Assembly: GCA_963662655.2 (NCBI GenBank)
Contig: CAXXTU010000002.1
Location: forward strand, 1,856,001 to 1,920,000
Source of the DNA: Candidatus Cloacimonadales bacterium
GTDB lineage: Bacteria > Cloacimonadota > Cloacimonadia > Cloacimonadales > JAIOQZ01
DNA: 64,000 bases
Direction: 5' to 3'
The translations under genes and the position numbers were made by a program. A model generated the notes under the pieces. It ran no database searches. It saw only the letters and a list, made by a program, of their open reading frames with translations, and had not been told where the DNA came from. Below, one piece after another: positions 10,606 through 20,952 of the stretch; the first letter of the stretch is position 1, and each line of letters opens with the position of its first letter.

Positions 10606-11502
10606 TCATAACGCAATTAATTTTATCAATTCAGTCCTTCTCTGTTCTATTTGCTCGCGACCTGATTTCTTCATGACGCGAATACTGAAATCTTCAATGT
10701 TCAGGGATGCACAGACTGTTCCGTACAGCATCGCTTGCTTGATGTTGGCCTCGGAGAAATCGCCCGTCCCTGCGAGATAGCCCAGAAAACCTCCGGCAAA
10801 CGAGTCTCCCGCCCCGGTTGGATCCACCACGCGTTCCACGGGATATACGGGAATCGAGAACAGGAGATTCTCTCCTGCGACCAGTGCGCCGTATTCTCCA
10901 CGTTTGGCCACGACGTACTTCAGGCCGTAGCTCAGCGCTTTCTTCGCGGCGGTGTAGATGTTGCGGATTCCGGTGAGCATCTTCAGCTCTTCTTCATTGA
11001 TGAAGAGGATGTCCACGCGGCGAATCACCTTTTCCAGCTCTTCGCGCGCGCCGTCGATCCAGAAATTCATCGTGTCGCAAGCAACAAGCTTGGGATTTTT
11101 GATCTGATCGAGAACCGAGAGCTGCAAGCCGGGCTGGATATTTCCAAGCAACACGACTTCGCTTTCCTTGAATTTCTCGGGCAGCACCGGATTGAAGTCC
11201 GCGAAAACGTTAAGCCGTGTATCGAGCGTCTGCGCCGAATTCAGGTCGTCATACGAACCATGCCAGCGGAAAGTCTCCCCTTCGCACACTTCGATGCCGC
11301 CGGTGTCAACGCCGCGTTCGGCTAGCAGTTCCAGATGTTTCCCATCAAAATCATTGCCCACGACACCGACGATGCGCACCGGGCAGAAATTCGATGCGGC
11401 CATCGAGGCGTAAACCGTCGAGCCGCCTAAAATATCATTTACTTCACCATGCGGCGTTCGAATGGTATCCATCGCCACCGAGCCGATAACCAGAAGATTC
11501 AT
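10606..11502 (-). CDS. PfkB-family carbohydrate/nucleoside kinase
   Basis: GSVAMD, LGGS, DPTGAGDSFAGG signature. Confidence 0.93.
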   Translation of the reverse strand: MNLLVIGSVAMDTIRTPHGEVNDILGGSTVYASMAASNFCPVRIVGVVGNDFDGKHLELLAERGVDTGGIEVCEGETFRWHGSYDDLNSAQTLDTRLNVFADFNPVLPEKFKESEVVLLGNIQPGLQLSVLDQIKNPKLVACDTMNFWIDGAREELEKVIRRVDILFINEEELKMLTGIRNIYTAAKKALSYGLKYVVAKRGEYGALVAGENLLFSIPVYPVERVVDPTGAGDSFAGGFLGYLAGTGDFSEANIKQAMLYGTVCASLNIEDFSIRVMKKSGREQIEQRRTELIKLIAL

Positions 11503-11702
11503 GGTTTCCTCACTTCCATCGTTTGTTTGGGGTTCTCCCCCCAGAAAAAGGAGCGCAGCCCCTTACCGAATCCGAGGTACCTGAACAGAGCGATCACGAC
11601 GACCAGGAGCAGTATCTTCCTGATCAAGCCGCTCCATATTTCCGTACGGCTCTTGCTCCGCTTGGCGTATCGCTCGAGTACCCGGTTCTTGAATTCCTGC
11701 AT
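11499..11702 (-). CDS. Small single-TM membrane protein, hypothetical
   Basis: 67 aa filling the gap between co-oriented genes; ATGA overlap with pfkB; one hydrophobic segment. Confidence 0.7.
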   Translation of the reverse strand: MQEFKNRVLERYAKRSKSRTEIWSGLIRKILLLVVVIALFRYLGFGKGLRSFFWGENPKQTMEVRKP

Positions 11703-11705
11703 ACA

Positions 11706-12905
11706 TTATATCAGGCTGGTCAATCCAGCTTCAAAACGATCGAGACCTTCCTTGATGTTATCCATGCTGTTCGCGTACGAGAATCGAACGTAGCGATCCG
11801 CGCCGAACGCCGCTCCCGGTACGAGTGCGACATGGAATTTATCGATCAGGTATTCGCACAGCTCGATCGAGTTGGTGATTCCCTTTTTGTTGTTGAAGAG
11901 GTAATAGGATACGTTCGGCATTGCGTAGAACGCACCTTTCGGCTTCGCGCAGGTGATGTTCTTCATCGAACTCAATCGGTCGACCAGGTAGTTCCTGCGT
12001 TTTTCGAATTCCTTGCGCATCTCTTCCATGGAGCCGTCATCGAATTTCATGGCCGCGAGTGCGGCTCTCTGCGCGATCGAATTCACGCAGGAGGTCAGAT
12101 GCCCCTGAATGCGGCCTGCACGCTTGATGATATCTTCGTTGGCGGCGGCATAGCCCAGTCGCCAGCCCGTCATCGCGTATGCTTTCGACACACCGTTGAT
12201 AACGACGGTGTTCTCCTTGATCTCGTCGGAAAGCGACGCGATCGACACATGCTCTTCGCCGTCGTAGATCAGTTTCTCGTAGATTTCGTCCGAGATGATC
12301 ACGATGTTGTGTTTCAGGCAGACTTCCGCCAGTTTCGCAAGCTCTTCCTTATTATATACGATGCCGGTGGGATTGTTGGGCGAGTTGATGATCACGGCCT
12401 TCGGTGTGCTGTGTGAAAGAATCGCGTCCTCCAATTGCTGCGGTGTAATCTTGAATCCGGTTGTCCTGCTGGTCGGCAGAATGATCGGGAAGGCATCCAC
12501 AAGCTCGATCTGAGAAACGTAACTCACCCAGAAAGGCGCGGGAATAAGAACCTCGTCGCGGGGGTCGCACACGGTCATCAGGATTTCCATAATGGCAGTC
12601 TTGGCGCCTGGAGTTACCAGAATCTCGGACGGCTTGTAATCGAGGTGATTCTCGTCCTTCAACTTCTTACAGATCGCTTCACGAAGGTCGGGAAATCCCG
12701 CCGCCGAAGTGTAGCGCGTGTAATTGTCATCGATAGCCTGTTTACCTGCCTGCTTGATGTAGTCGGGCGTGTCGAAATCCGGTTCTCCCACTCCAAAATT
12801 GATAACATCGATTCCCTTGTTCTTCAATTCGGTGGCTTTGGTGGATACTGAAAGGGTGGGGGATGGTTTGATAGCTTTTGCACGGTTGGCAATCTTGATC
12901 GCCAT
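11706..12905 (-). CDS. PLP-dependent aminotransferase class I/II (aspartate aminotransferase-like)
   Basis: GEPDF, NSPNNPTG, SDEIYE, SKAYAMTGWRLGY. Confidence 0.95.
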   Translation of the reverse strand: MAIKIANRAKAIKPSPTLSVSTKATELKNKGIDVINFGVGEPDFDTPDYIKQAGKQAIDDNYTRYTSAAGFPDLREAICKKLKDENHLDYKPSEILVTPGAKTAIMEILMTVCDPRDEVLIPAPFWVSYVSQIELVDAFPIILPTSRTTGFKITPQQLEDAILSHSTPKAVIINSPNNPTGIVYNKEELAKLAEVCLKHNIVIISDEIYEKLIYDGEEHVSIASLSDEIKENTVVINGVSKAYAMTGWRLGYAAANEDIIKRAGRIQGHLTSCVNSIAQRAALAAMKFDDGSMEEMRKEFEKRRNYLVDRLSSMKNITCAKPKGAFYAMPNVSYYLFNNKKGITNSIELCEYLIDKFHVALVPGAAFGADRYVRFSYANSMDNIKEGLDRFEAGLTSLI

Positions 12906-13036
12906 AATCAACCTCTCAACAAAATTTTTGTTACGAAAATCCAGCAGGATATTTTGTCAATGTATCTTTTACTGAGGCAAACAATTTCAAACACCCACAC
13001 TCCGGGCTATCTCCATACCTCAAGGCAAACACGAGA

Positions 13037-13164
13037 GGTGGGAGCAGATTGGTTCGATCTGCCGCATGTACGTGGTGTTGCACATCCCTTTATTTCGTGT
13101 CCGGTAGTATCGGGGATGTGCTATATCCACGTTCATGCGGTAGATCGGGCGAAGATGCCCCACC
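13037..13164 (+). repeat. Long imperfect hairpin element, family copy A
   Basis: GGTGGG-AGCAGATT-GGTTCGATC...ACGTGG-TGTT-GCACATCCC / GGGATGTGC-TATAT-CCACGT...GATCGGGCG-AAGATGC-CCCACC; homologous to 25550-25727. Confidence 0.85.
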
Positions 13165-13366
13165 GTTAGGCCATCGCCTCACTTCTATCGATTCTTCTCA
13201 ATTTACCAATCCAAGGCACATTTACTCTTCTTGAGGTACAAAACGCGTTTCAATATCTCCCCCTTTTGATTATATTGTATTATGCCTTATGTATATAGTA
13301 AAATGCCATAGGTGCTCCCTAAGACAATCCATTCCTACAGATTGTCGCAATACAAAGAGAAGCATT

Positions 13367-16300
13367 ATGAGAGAATTTATTGATCGATATATTGTCGTAT
13401 TTACTATCATTGTTTTCTTACTAGTTGCTCCATCGCTGGAAGCACGAGCGTTCACCGAGTTCATTGGATTCACGAGCCTTCATTTTGGATCACTCGCAAT
13501 TGCCGCTCATCCCTTGATCATCCTATCGCTTGTCTTTATTCTGATTATGGCGCTTCTCTTCATCTTATACAGATATATTGCTTTACAGAACATGAATGCG
13601 AGTATGCAGACGCAACTTTCATTCAAGAGCAATATCCTTGCCGGGGCAATGGCCTCCGTTACGGAAGCAATCTTTTGCACGGATGATTCAGGGAGAATTA
13701 CTGAGATGAATCTCGTCGCCGAAGAGCTTTCCGGCTGGAAGCATGACGAAGCAAAAGGAAAAAAACTTCCCGAGATATTACGCATGATCAGCGCGGAAGA
13801 CAACAGGAGGGTCGACGATCCCACATTCCGGGTTCTTTCGACCGGTTTATCCATGCAAATACCCTATCAGATCAAGATCGCTGATCCGCAGGGCAACATC
13901 ACTACATTTTCGGTGAGCGTTAAACCCCTTGTCAGTGACACAGGCGACACCATCGGAACGATCCATACATTAATCAACGACAGCCACGAGCAAAGAATGC
14001 GCGACGCAATCCAGGAAAGCGCCGAACGTTTCCGCTCCCTTTTGGACGCATCGCCGAACACCGTGTGCTCATTCGATCGTTCCGGCCGCTTCATCACGAT
14101 TAATGCCAGCGGCTTGAAAATACTGAACATGTCACGCGAAATCCTTATCGGAACGCAATTGGTCGATATCATTCATGATGAGTCAAAACCCATCGTGAAA
14201 CTGGCGATAAAGAAGGTTCTGGATGGCGAGCAAGCGACTTTCGAAGCCGCTCTTCCCCAAGACAACAACCAAATGCTTTACTGGTGGGCGTCAATAAATC
14301 CCGTGTTAGATAGTGAAGGCGAGGTTAGCCATTTTAACGGAGTCATGATCGATATCACGAAGCGTAAGAAAATGGAGATCGCCCTGCGTGAAACGAACGA
14401 AGAGCTAAACCAGTATTTCACATCAAGCCTCGATCTCCTGTGCATTGCTGATACCGATGGGCACTTCCTGCGGCTCAACCCGGAATGGGAAATCGTTCTC
14501 GGGTACTCTATCGAAGAATTGGTAGGCATCAAGTTTATCGATCTGGTCCATCCCGACGACATTCCTTCAACGCTTGCGGCAATCGTCACGCTGGATAATC
14601 AGATCGAGATTAACAACTTCGAAAATCGTTACCGTTGTAAGGACGGCTCCTATCGATGGATCGAGTGGCGATCGCGATCCAAAGGTAAATTCATTTACGC
14701 CGCAGCGAGAGACGTGACAGACAGAAAAACCCACGAGAAGCAGCTCGAGGAATCAAATCGCAAACTCGAGATTGCAAACCAGCGCGCGAATGAGATGGCT
14801 CGACAAGCCGCAATCGCCAGCTCGGCCAAAAGCGATTTTCTGGCGAACATGAGCCACGAAATCAGAACTCCCCTCAACGGCGTCATCGGTATGGCCAATC
14901 TAATCCTCAGCACAAACCTGGACATCGAGCAACTTCACTACGCCGAAACAATCAAGAAAAGCGCTGAAGTCCTCCTATCCATCATCAACGATATCCTCGA
15001 TTTCGCGAAAATCGAAGCGGGAAAGCTCGAACTGGAAATCCTGGATTTCGATCTTGGTTCCTTTCTGCAGAGCATCGCCGAAATGATGGCGATGAGGGCG
15101 TTTGGCAAAAAACTGGAATTTATTTGCGCGCCGACGCCGAATACCCCTCTGCGGTTACGTGGTGACGAGAGTAGATTGCGTCAGATACTGATCAATCTTG
15201 CCGGAAACGCCATAAAATTCACGCACGAAGGAGAAATCAACATTCGCGTCAATACCGTGTGGCAGAACGACCGTCATGCCAAGTTGAAATTCTCCGTTTC
15301 CGACACGGGTATCGGCATCCCGAAGGATCGACTCGATTCGTTGTTCGAGCAATTTACTCAGGTAGACGCCTCAACGACCCGTAAATATGGCGGAACCGGG
15401 CTGGGATTGGCAATCTCCGAGCAGCTCGTAAGGATCATGGACGGAAACATCGGCGTGGAATCCGTAGAAGGCAAAGGCTCTGAGTTCTGGTTCACCATCA
15501 CTCTGGAAAAACAGCTCGAATTAGATGAGGGATCGCATGAACCTGTTGACCTGGCTGGCATGAATGTCTTGCTGATTGAGGATAACGACAGCTACCGGGA
15601 AGCAATTGTCTCCTACCTCCATTCATGGAATTCCAACGTAGATTTTGCGACTGAGCCCGATATGGCTGTCGAAAAACTCGAAACGGCCAAAGATACCAAC
15701 CAACCATTTCAAGTAGCGCTTCTCGATCTCCGAAAGACCGAATCGTGCTGTGAATTCCTCGCAAGGAAGATCAAGGACAATCCCCAATTATCGGACACCG
15801 CCCTGCTGCTTATCTCATCAACTCGGAAAAAAGAGGATATTGATAGGATCAACGCGAGCGGTATCCTGGCGATATTGAACAAACCGCTGGACATTAGAAA
15901 GCTGAGAGAATACCTTTCAGGAATCCATAGAGGAGACTTGCAATTCCGTGAGAATATCAGCGACACTGGCTTCTCCTTCCCCAGCATCAAGGCTGAAGCA
16001 GTGCATGTCCTTCTTGTCGAGGACAATATCATCAATCAGCACGTTATCCTTGGTATCCTCTCAAAGCTCGGCGTAAAAGCGGATGCAGTCGCCGACGGCG
16101 TGGAAGCGCTCAACGCATTGCGTATGATACCCTACGACCTCGTCCTGATGGACATACAGATGCCTGTCATGGATGGGATCCAGACCACCGAAGAGATCAG
16201 GAATATCGAGACGGGCGTCCTGGATCACAAAATACCCATCTTCGCGATGACGGCCCACGCGATCAAGGGCTATCGCGAAAAATGCGAGCAAGCAGGCATG

Positions 16301-16792
16301 AACGATTACATCACGAAGCCCATCGATCCAAGAGTTCTGATCCAGAAGATGGAGAGATGGCTGCCCCGCCAACTGCATGTGGATAGCCTCCCCGCCGGCG
16401 CCAGAGATATCCCAGAGAAATTCTTCCCGGACAACCCCTTGGATAAAATCGCCGTCTTCGACCACCAGGCCCTTCTATCGAGGCTTATGAACGATAAGAA
16501 AATTGCCGATCACATCATCCGGTATTATCTTGATGATACCCCGGAGAAACTCCGGGCAATCAGGGACGCTATCGAAAACGGGGATTTCAGTGCATTGACT
16601 TACCTGTTGCACTCCCTGAAAGGTTCCTCCGCCAATGTGGGAGGAGACCTCTTGAGCAAGGTCGCTCAGGAAATGGAGATAGCTTGCAAGAGAGGCGACT
16701 ACCAGAAAACGCGGACGTTCCTGCCCAACCTTGAACGGCAGTATTATAAGCTCCAGACTGAGATGCTGGTTTTTTTGAAGGACTTATCATGA
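13367..16792 (+). CDS. Membrane hybrid histidine kinase (3 PAS, HisKA, HATPase, 2 REC, Hpt)
   Basis: SHEIRTPLNG, GNAIKFT, DTGIG, GGTGLGL, LMDIQMP, HSLKGSS; N-terminal TM segments; start chosen at MREFI. Confidence 0.95.
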   Translation: MREFIDRYIVVFTIIVFLLVAPSLEARAFTEFIGFTSLHFGSLAIAAHPLIILSLVFILIMALLFILYRYIALQNMNASMQTQLSFKSNILAGAMASVTEAIFCTDDSGRITEMNLVAEELSGWKHDEAKGKKLPEILRMISAEDNRRVDDPTFRVLSTGLSMQIPYQIKIADPQGNITTFSVSVKPLVSDTGDTIGTIHTLINDSHEQRMRDAIQESAERFRSLLDASPNTVCSFDRSGRFITINASGLKILNMSREILIGTQLVDIIHDESKPIVKLAIKKVLDGEQATFEAALPQDNNQMLYWWASINPVLDSEGEVSHFNGVMIDITKRKKMEIALRETNEELNQYFTSSLDLLCIADTDGHFLRLNPEWEIVLGYSIEELVGIKFIDLVHPDDIPSTLAAIVTLDNQIEINNFENRYRCKDGSYRWIEWRSRSKGKFIYAAARDVTDRKTHEKQLEESNRKLEIANQRANEMARQAAIASSAKSDFLANMSHEIRTPLNGVIGMANLILSTNLDIEQLHYAETIKKSAEVLLSIINDILDFAKIEAGKLELEILDFDLGSFLQSIAEMMAMRAFGKKLEFICAPTPNTPLRLRGDESRLRQILINLAGNAIKFTHEGEINIRVNTVWQNDRHAKLKFSVSDTGIGIPKDRLDSLFEQFTQVDASTTRKYGGTGLGLAISEQLVRIMDGNIGVESVEGKGSEFWFTITLEKQLELDEGSHEPVDLAGMNVLLIEDNDSYREAIVSYLHSWNSNVDFATEPDMAVEKLETAKDTNQPFQVALLDLRKTESCCEFLARKIKDNPQLSDTALLLISSTRKKEDIDRINASGILAILNKPLDIRKLREYLSGIHRGDLQFRENISDTGFSFPSIKAEAVHVLLVEDNIINQHVILGILSKLGVKADAVADGVEALNALRMIPYDLVLMDIQMPVMDGIQTTEEIRNIETGVLDHKIPIFAMTAHAIKGYREKCEQAGMNDYITKPIDPRVLIQKMERWLPRQLHVDSLPAGARDIPEKFFPDNPLDKIAVFDHQALLSRLMNDKKIADHIIRYYLDDTPEKLRAIRDAIENGDFSALTYLLHSLKGSSANVGGDLLSKVAQEMEIACKRGDYQKTRTFLPNLERQYYKLQTEMLVFLKDLS

Positions 16793-17475
16793 GCAATAAA
16801 ACGAAGATACTAATTGCCGAGGACGATCTCGTTTCCCGCACCATGCTTTGCTCCGTGCTTTCAAAGGCAGGCTACGCGACGCTGGAAGCAGATTCCGGAG
16901 GCCAGGCATTGAAAATTATGTGTCAGGAGGATGCTCCACGACTAGCCATCCTCGACTGGGTTCTTCCCGGATTGAACGGACTGGAGATCGTGAAGCAACT
17001 CCGTGAAAAGAAGCTGGCTGACCCGCCGTACCTGATTATGCTCACCAGCAAAAGCAGCAAGTACGACCTCATCGAAGCGCTCAACGCCGGTGCGGACGAC
17101 TACCTGATCAAACCCTACGATGCCGCCGTTCTTCAAGCCCGGCTGAAAGTGGGATTGCGCATGATCAAGATGCAAAGAGAGATCAAGGAGCGGGAGAAGC
17201 TCAAGGGCGTTCTGGAAATGGCCGGGGCCGTTACACACGAATTGAATCAGCCGCTGCAAAGCGTCTTCGGCTACGCGGAACTGCTGATGAACAATCTGAA
17301 ACCAGAGGATCCGCACTATCGAATCCTCTCGAAAATCATCCACGGCGTTCAGCGCATTGGAGAACTCACCCACAAGTTCGTAACGATAACGCATTATCAA
17401 TCAAAAGCCTATCTGGACGACACCATCATCGATATTGACAAGGCTTCTTTGAAGCAGGACGGAGATTTACTTTAA
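16789..17475 (+). CDS. Response regulator REC fused to a HisKA-type dimerisation domain (no ATPase domain)
   Basis: ILDWVLPG, GADDYLIKP, then AVTHELNQPL; ATGA overlap with kinase. Confidence 0.9.
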   Translation: MSNKTKILIAEDDLVSRTMLCSVLSKAGYATLEADSGGQALKIMCQEDAPRLAILDWVLPGLNGLEIVKQLREKKLADPPYLIMLTSKSSKYDLIEALNAGADDYLIKPYDAAVLQARLKVGLRMIKMQREIKEREKLKGVLEMAGAVTHELNQPLQSVFGYAELLMNNLKPEDPHYRILSKIIHGVQRIGELTHKFVTITHYQSKAYLDDTIIDIDKASLKQDGDLL

Positions 17476-17521
17476 ATAAACACGACAATGAACGCAAGAA
17501 GAAACTATCACGGGAGGTTTT

Positions 17522-17923
17522 ATGCCATTGGTAAACTGGTCTGACGGATTAAGCGTCAACGTATCGTCGATCGATCAGCAACACAAGAAATGGATCGGAA
17601 TGATCAACGATCTCCACGAAGCCATGAAGCAGGGAAAAGGCAATGACGTCATGGGCAAGATACTGAGCGGAATCGTCGACTACACCAAGACGCATTTCGC
17701 CACGGAAGAACGCTACTTCAAGCAATACAACTACCCGGACGCCGAGGCTCATATCAAGATACACAACGGGTTTGTCGAAAAGGTCGTGCAATTGCAGACC
17801 GACTTCAACAAGGGGGGCTTAGGATTATCCATCAAAGCGATGGACGTTCTCAAGGACTGGTTTGTGAATCATATTATCGATAAAAAGTATTCGGATTTCT
17901 TCAACGAGAAAGGATTGTCCTGA
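17522..17923 (+). CDS. Bacteriohemerythrin
   Basis: IDQQH, HFATEE, HIKIH, W..HI.D motifs (last one shortened). Confidence 0.92.
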   Translation: MPLVNWSDGLSVNVSSIDQQHKKWIGMINDLHEAMKQGKGNDVMGKILSGIVDYTKTHFATEERYFKQYNYPDAEAHIKIHNGFVEKVVQLQTDFNKGGLGLSIKAMDVLKDWFVNHIIDKKYSDFFNEKGLS

Positions 17924-17964
17924 AAAAAAAGCAGGTGATGTCCAGCGATATCACCTGCTTTTTT
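17923..17964. terminator. Bidirectional intrinsic terminator
   Basis: A8-GCAGGTGAT...ATCACCTGC-T6 between convergent genes. Confidence 0.85.
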
Positions 17965-17983
17965 CGTGCAATTCTGTAAAAAA

Positions 17984-18352
17984 TTATGCCTCTGCCGGCG
18001 GGGCCACTTTCATGACATCCTGGATGATCTCATGGAAGGTCTTCTTGGGAAGCGCACCCATCGCCATTTGAGGCTGCCCATCTTTCGGAATGAACAGCAA
18101 CGAGGGGATACTCTGAATCCCGAACATTCCCGCCAGTTCGCGTTGATCTTCCGTATTGATCTTGTAGATATCGAGCTTGTCTCCGTACTCGGCGGAGAGC
18201 TCCTCGAGTACCGGCGCAACCATCTTGCACGGCGCACACCAGTCGGCATAAAAATCTATGATCGCAGGTTTGTCACCCACGAAATTCCATTCCTTATTGT
18301 TCTCGAAGTCGAAGACTTTTTGCTTGAAAGTATCCAGGGTTAGGTGTTCCAT
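17984..18352 (-). CDS. trxA: Thioredoxin
   Basis: DFYADWCAPCK, IQSIPS; AAGGAG RBS before ATG 18352. Confidence 0.95.
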   Translation of the reverse strand: MEHLTLDTFKQKVFDFENNKEWNFVGDKPAIIDFYADWCAPCKMVAPVLEELSAEYGDKLDIYKINTEDQRELAGMFGIQSIPSLLFIPKDGQPQMAMGALPKKTFHEIIQDVMKVAPPAEA

Positions 18353-18474
18353 TGTTACTCCTTTGGTTCGTTTTTCTGATAGGATATCCGAATATTTGCT
18401 AATGTCAAATTTTTGTTCGGAGAAAATTTTATCATATTGATAATTCTGAAACACCCTTCGCCATATTGTATTGT

Positions 18475-18975
18475 CTACGTTTTAGTTACACCATAATTCT
18501 CAACCGACCACTCCACCAGTTTCCCATGCTCGTAGGTAAATTTGGCCGAGAAAAAGCCGGGATCGTCGAGCCATTGCAAGAAAATGCGATCACCTTCCCA
18601 TAAATTCAATTCGAGCAAGAGGTCATTCGGAATCCACGACAATTCACCCTCGGGGGAATCGATCATCGAGCCACTCCAATGCTTGAACGTGAAGAGGAAT
18701 ACATACCAGTCGTTAATACCATCGAAAAGGGGAAAGGTCAGAAATCCGCGCAGGTACGGATCGGAGACCTCCAGCCCGGATTCCTCGAGCACCTCGCGGA
18801 TCGCGCATTCCTCGGGCGTCTCCCCCGCTTCCAGCTTTCCACCGAGCCCATTCCACTTCTGTTTGTGGATATCGTTCTTCTTGCGATTCCGGAAGAGCAT
18901 GAGCGTCTTCTCTTCATCCCGAAGATAGCATAGCGTGGCGAGAATCTTGTTTCGCTTTGATTGGGATTGCTGCAT
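18475..18975 (-). CDS. Nudix hydrolase, 8-oxo-dGTP diphosphatase (MutT/MutX-like)
   Basis: KWNGLGGKLEAGETPEECAIREVLEESG Nudix box; LWEGD. Confidence 0.92.
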   Translation of the reverse strand: MQQSQSKRNKILATLCYLRDEEKTLMLFRNRKKNDIHKQKWNGLGGKLEAGETPEECAIREVLEESGLEVSDPYLRGFLTFPLFDGINDWYVFLFTFKHWSGSMIDSPEGELSWIPNDLLLELNLWEGDRIFLQWLDDPGFFSAKFTYEHGKLVEWSVENYGVTKT

Positions 18976-18992
18976 GACGCTCTAGTACTCTG

Positions 18993-19400
18993 TCAGATTT
19001 TCCTCATGGGCATGACAGCCCACATGATCAAATAGATAACTGCGCCAATTCCAGAAGCTCCGGCAAGTGCGATGAAGGCGATTCTGATAATCGTTACATC
19101 CCAGCCCGTATAGTCGGCGATTCCGCCACATACACCGGCGATAACCTTTTCTCGGGGATTGCGAAACATATTGCCGCGGGGGATTTCGTCTTCGGGATAC
19201 ACGTCGATTACCTGAGGATTGCTTTCCTTGGGAAGAATCAGCATCAATGCCAGGTATACCAGAATCCCGTATCCGCCGAAAATGGTGGCAAGCACGAACA
19301 CGATACGAACGACATCGGAGCTGAAGCCCAATGACTCTCCCAATCCACCGCATACACCGGCTATTTTCCTGTCTTTTTCACTGAGATGCAATTTTCTCAT
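18993..19400 (-). CDS. Tandem PspC-domain membrane protein
   Basis: Two copies of IAGVCGG..TM. Confidence 0.9.
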   Translation of the reverse strand: MRKLHLSEKDRKIAGVCGGLGESLGFSSDVVRIVFVLATIFGGYGILVYLALMLILPKESNPQVIDVYPEDEIPRGNMFRNPREKVIAGVCGGIADYTGWDVTIIRIAFIALAGASGIGAVIYLIMWAVMPMRKI

Positions 19401-19634
19401 AATCTGACTCCTTTCGCAGTTTCCCAGACCATAGAATCTGGCGTTATAACGTCAATGGAAAAATCTATAATACGGTCATGTCCATAACAAAATATGTTCG
19501 TATGAATTGACTGTGTTTCTTCACTGACCGTTAGTTAAACCGCGAGTCATATTAGAGATCAATGTTCACTTTTTTCTTGACACAGATTCTTCTTTACATA
19601 AAAGTGATCAGCGTTCTTGAAAGGAGCCGACGAA

Positions 19635-20249
19635 ATGCAAATTCAGAAAGATTATATTCGAAAAGCAATACTCGACAGCGCGAAGGACGAATTCCTGGAG
19701 AAGGGATATCGTAAAGCGTCCATACGGGCAATCGCCTCGCGCGCGGATGTCACATTGAGCAATATCTACAACTACTTCAAAGACAAGGATGAGATATTCA
19801 GGGAGATTATGATGCCCATCCTGGATGCCATCAAAGAAGGACAGCGGCGCATCGAGCACATGGAGAGGGACGAGAAATCGTTTTCGGAAGAAGAGCACGT
19901 GCGAATGCTGGACAAACCCGCCGAATTCATATACAATAACCGCGAGATGTTCAATCTTCTGCTCTACCGCTCCGAGGGTTCCTCCCTCGCCGACTTGCCG
20001 GAGGAGATGACGAAATGGAACGCGCGAATCATGCGGCTCTCTGTGGAATGGGCTTCGGAGCGACACCATGTTCAAATCGACGCGCCTTCAGAATACATGC
20101 TACACTACATCGGCTCGGCCTGGATTCACCTCGCGATGGACTCCGTCCGGTACAACTATCCCCTGGAGACGATGAAAGAGAACGCCAAGCAGCTCATGCG
20201 GTTTGTTCTGCATGGATGGATCGGCATGTTAGGCGTACCCCACCATTGA
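19635..20249 (+). CDS. TetR/AcrR family regulator
   Basis: FLEKGYRKASIRAIA...NIYNYFKDKDEIF HTH. Confidence 0.93.
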   Translation: MQIQKDYIRKAILDSAKDEFLEKGYRKASIRAIASRADVTLSNIYNYFKDKDEIFREIMMPILDAIKEGQRRIEHMERDEKSFSEEEHVRMLDKPAEFIYNNREMFNLLLYRSEGSSLADLPEEMTKWNARIMRLSVEWASERHHVQIDAPSEYMLHYIGSAWIHLAMDSVRYNYPLETMKENAKQLMRFVLHGWIGMLGVPHH

Positions 20250-20307
20250 GGTGGGATTTTTTTTAAGAACATACAGGAACATTGTTCATTTATAAGGAGA
20301 AAATAAA

Positions 20308-20892
20308 ATGGAGAAGACAATGAAGAATCGGCAAATGCAAAAAGACGATCACTGCGTATGTCCTGTCTGGATGGCATACACGTTCGATAATCCGCTGAGG
20401 AAGCTGTTTCACGATCCGCAGAAGCTGTATTCGCCCTGGCTGAAAGAAGGCATGACCGCCCTCGATCTGGGCTGCGGACTCGGCTATATGAGCCTGGGGA
20501 TGGCAAAACTCGTGGGAGAAGACGGAAAGGTTCTATCCGTCGACATGCAGCAGGGAATGCTGGACCGGCTTCAAAGACGCGCGGCCAGGAGAGGTCTCGG
20601 CCGGCGCATCCAACCGACGCTCTGCATGCAGGACGGTTTTGCGACGCAGGAGAAGGTCGATTTCGCGCTGGCGTTCTGGATGCTTCACGAAACGCCCGAC
20701 TTCAAACGCACACTGGCGATGCTTTACGAATCACTCAAACCCGGTGGGCATCTGTTTGTCGCGGAGCCGAAGATGCACATCGACAGGAAGGAGTTCATCA
20801 ACACACTCGACGCCGCCAAGGATATCGGATTCGAGATTGTCGCCAATCCGGATGTCAAACTCAGCCTTGCTGTAGCGCTCCGGAAGCCTTAA
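20308..20892 (+). CDS. Class I SAM-dependent methyltransferase
   Basis: ALDLGCGLG, LKPGG. Confidence 0.9.
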   Translation: MEKTMKNRQMQKDDHCVCPVWMAYTFDNPLRKLFHDPQKLYSPWLKEGMTALDLGCGLGYMSLGMAKLVGEDGKVLSVDMQQGMLDRLQRRAARRGLGRRIQPTLCMQDGFATQEKVDFALAFWMLHETPDFKRTLAMLYESLKPGGHLFVAEPKMHIDRKEFINTLDAAKDIGFEIVANPDVKLSLAVALRKP

Positions 20893-20895
20893 CAC

Positions 20896-20924
20896 TTGAC
20901 GTTATTGCCCCCTCCCGTTATATT
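20896..20924 (+). promoter_or_regulatory. Putative sigma70 promoter of the serine hydrolase gene
   Basis: TTGACG-N17-TATATT, 28 nt upstream of ATG 20953. Confidence 0.5.
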
Positions 20925-20952
20925 GCTTGCAAAGACAATTCGGGAGGAATAC

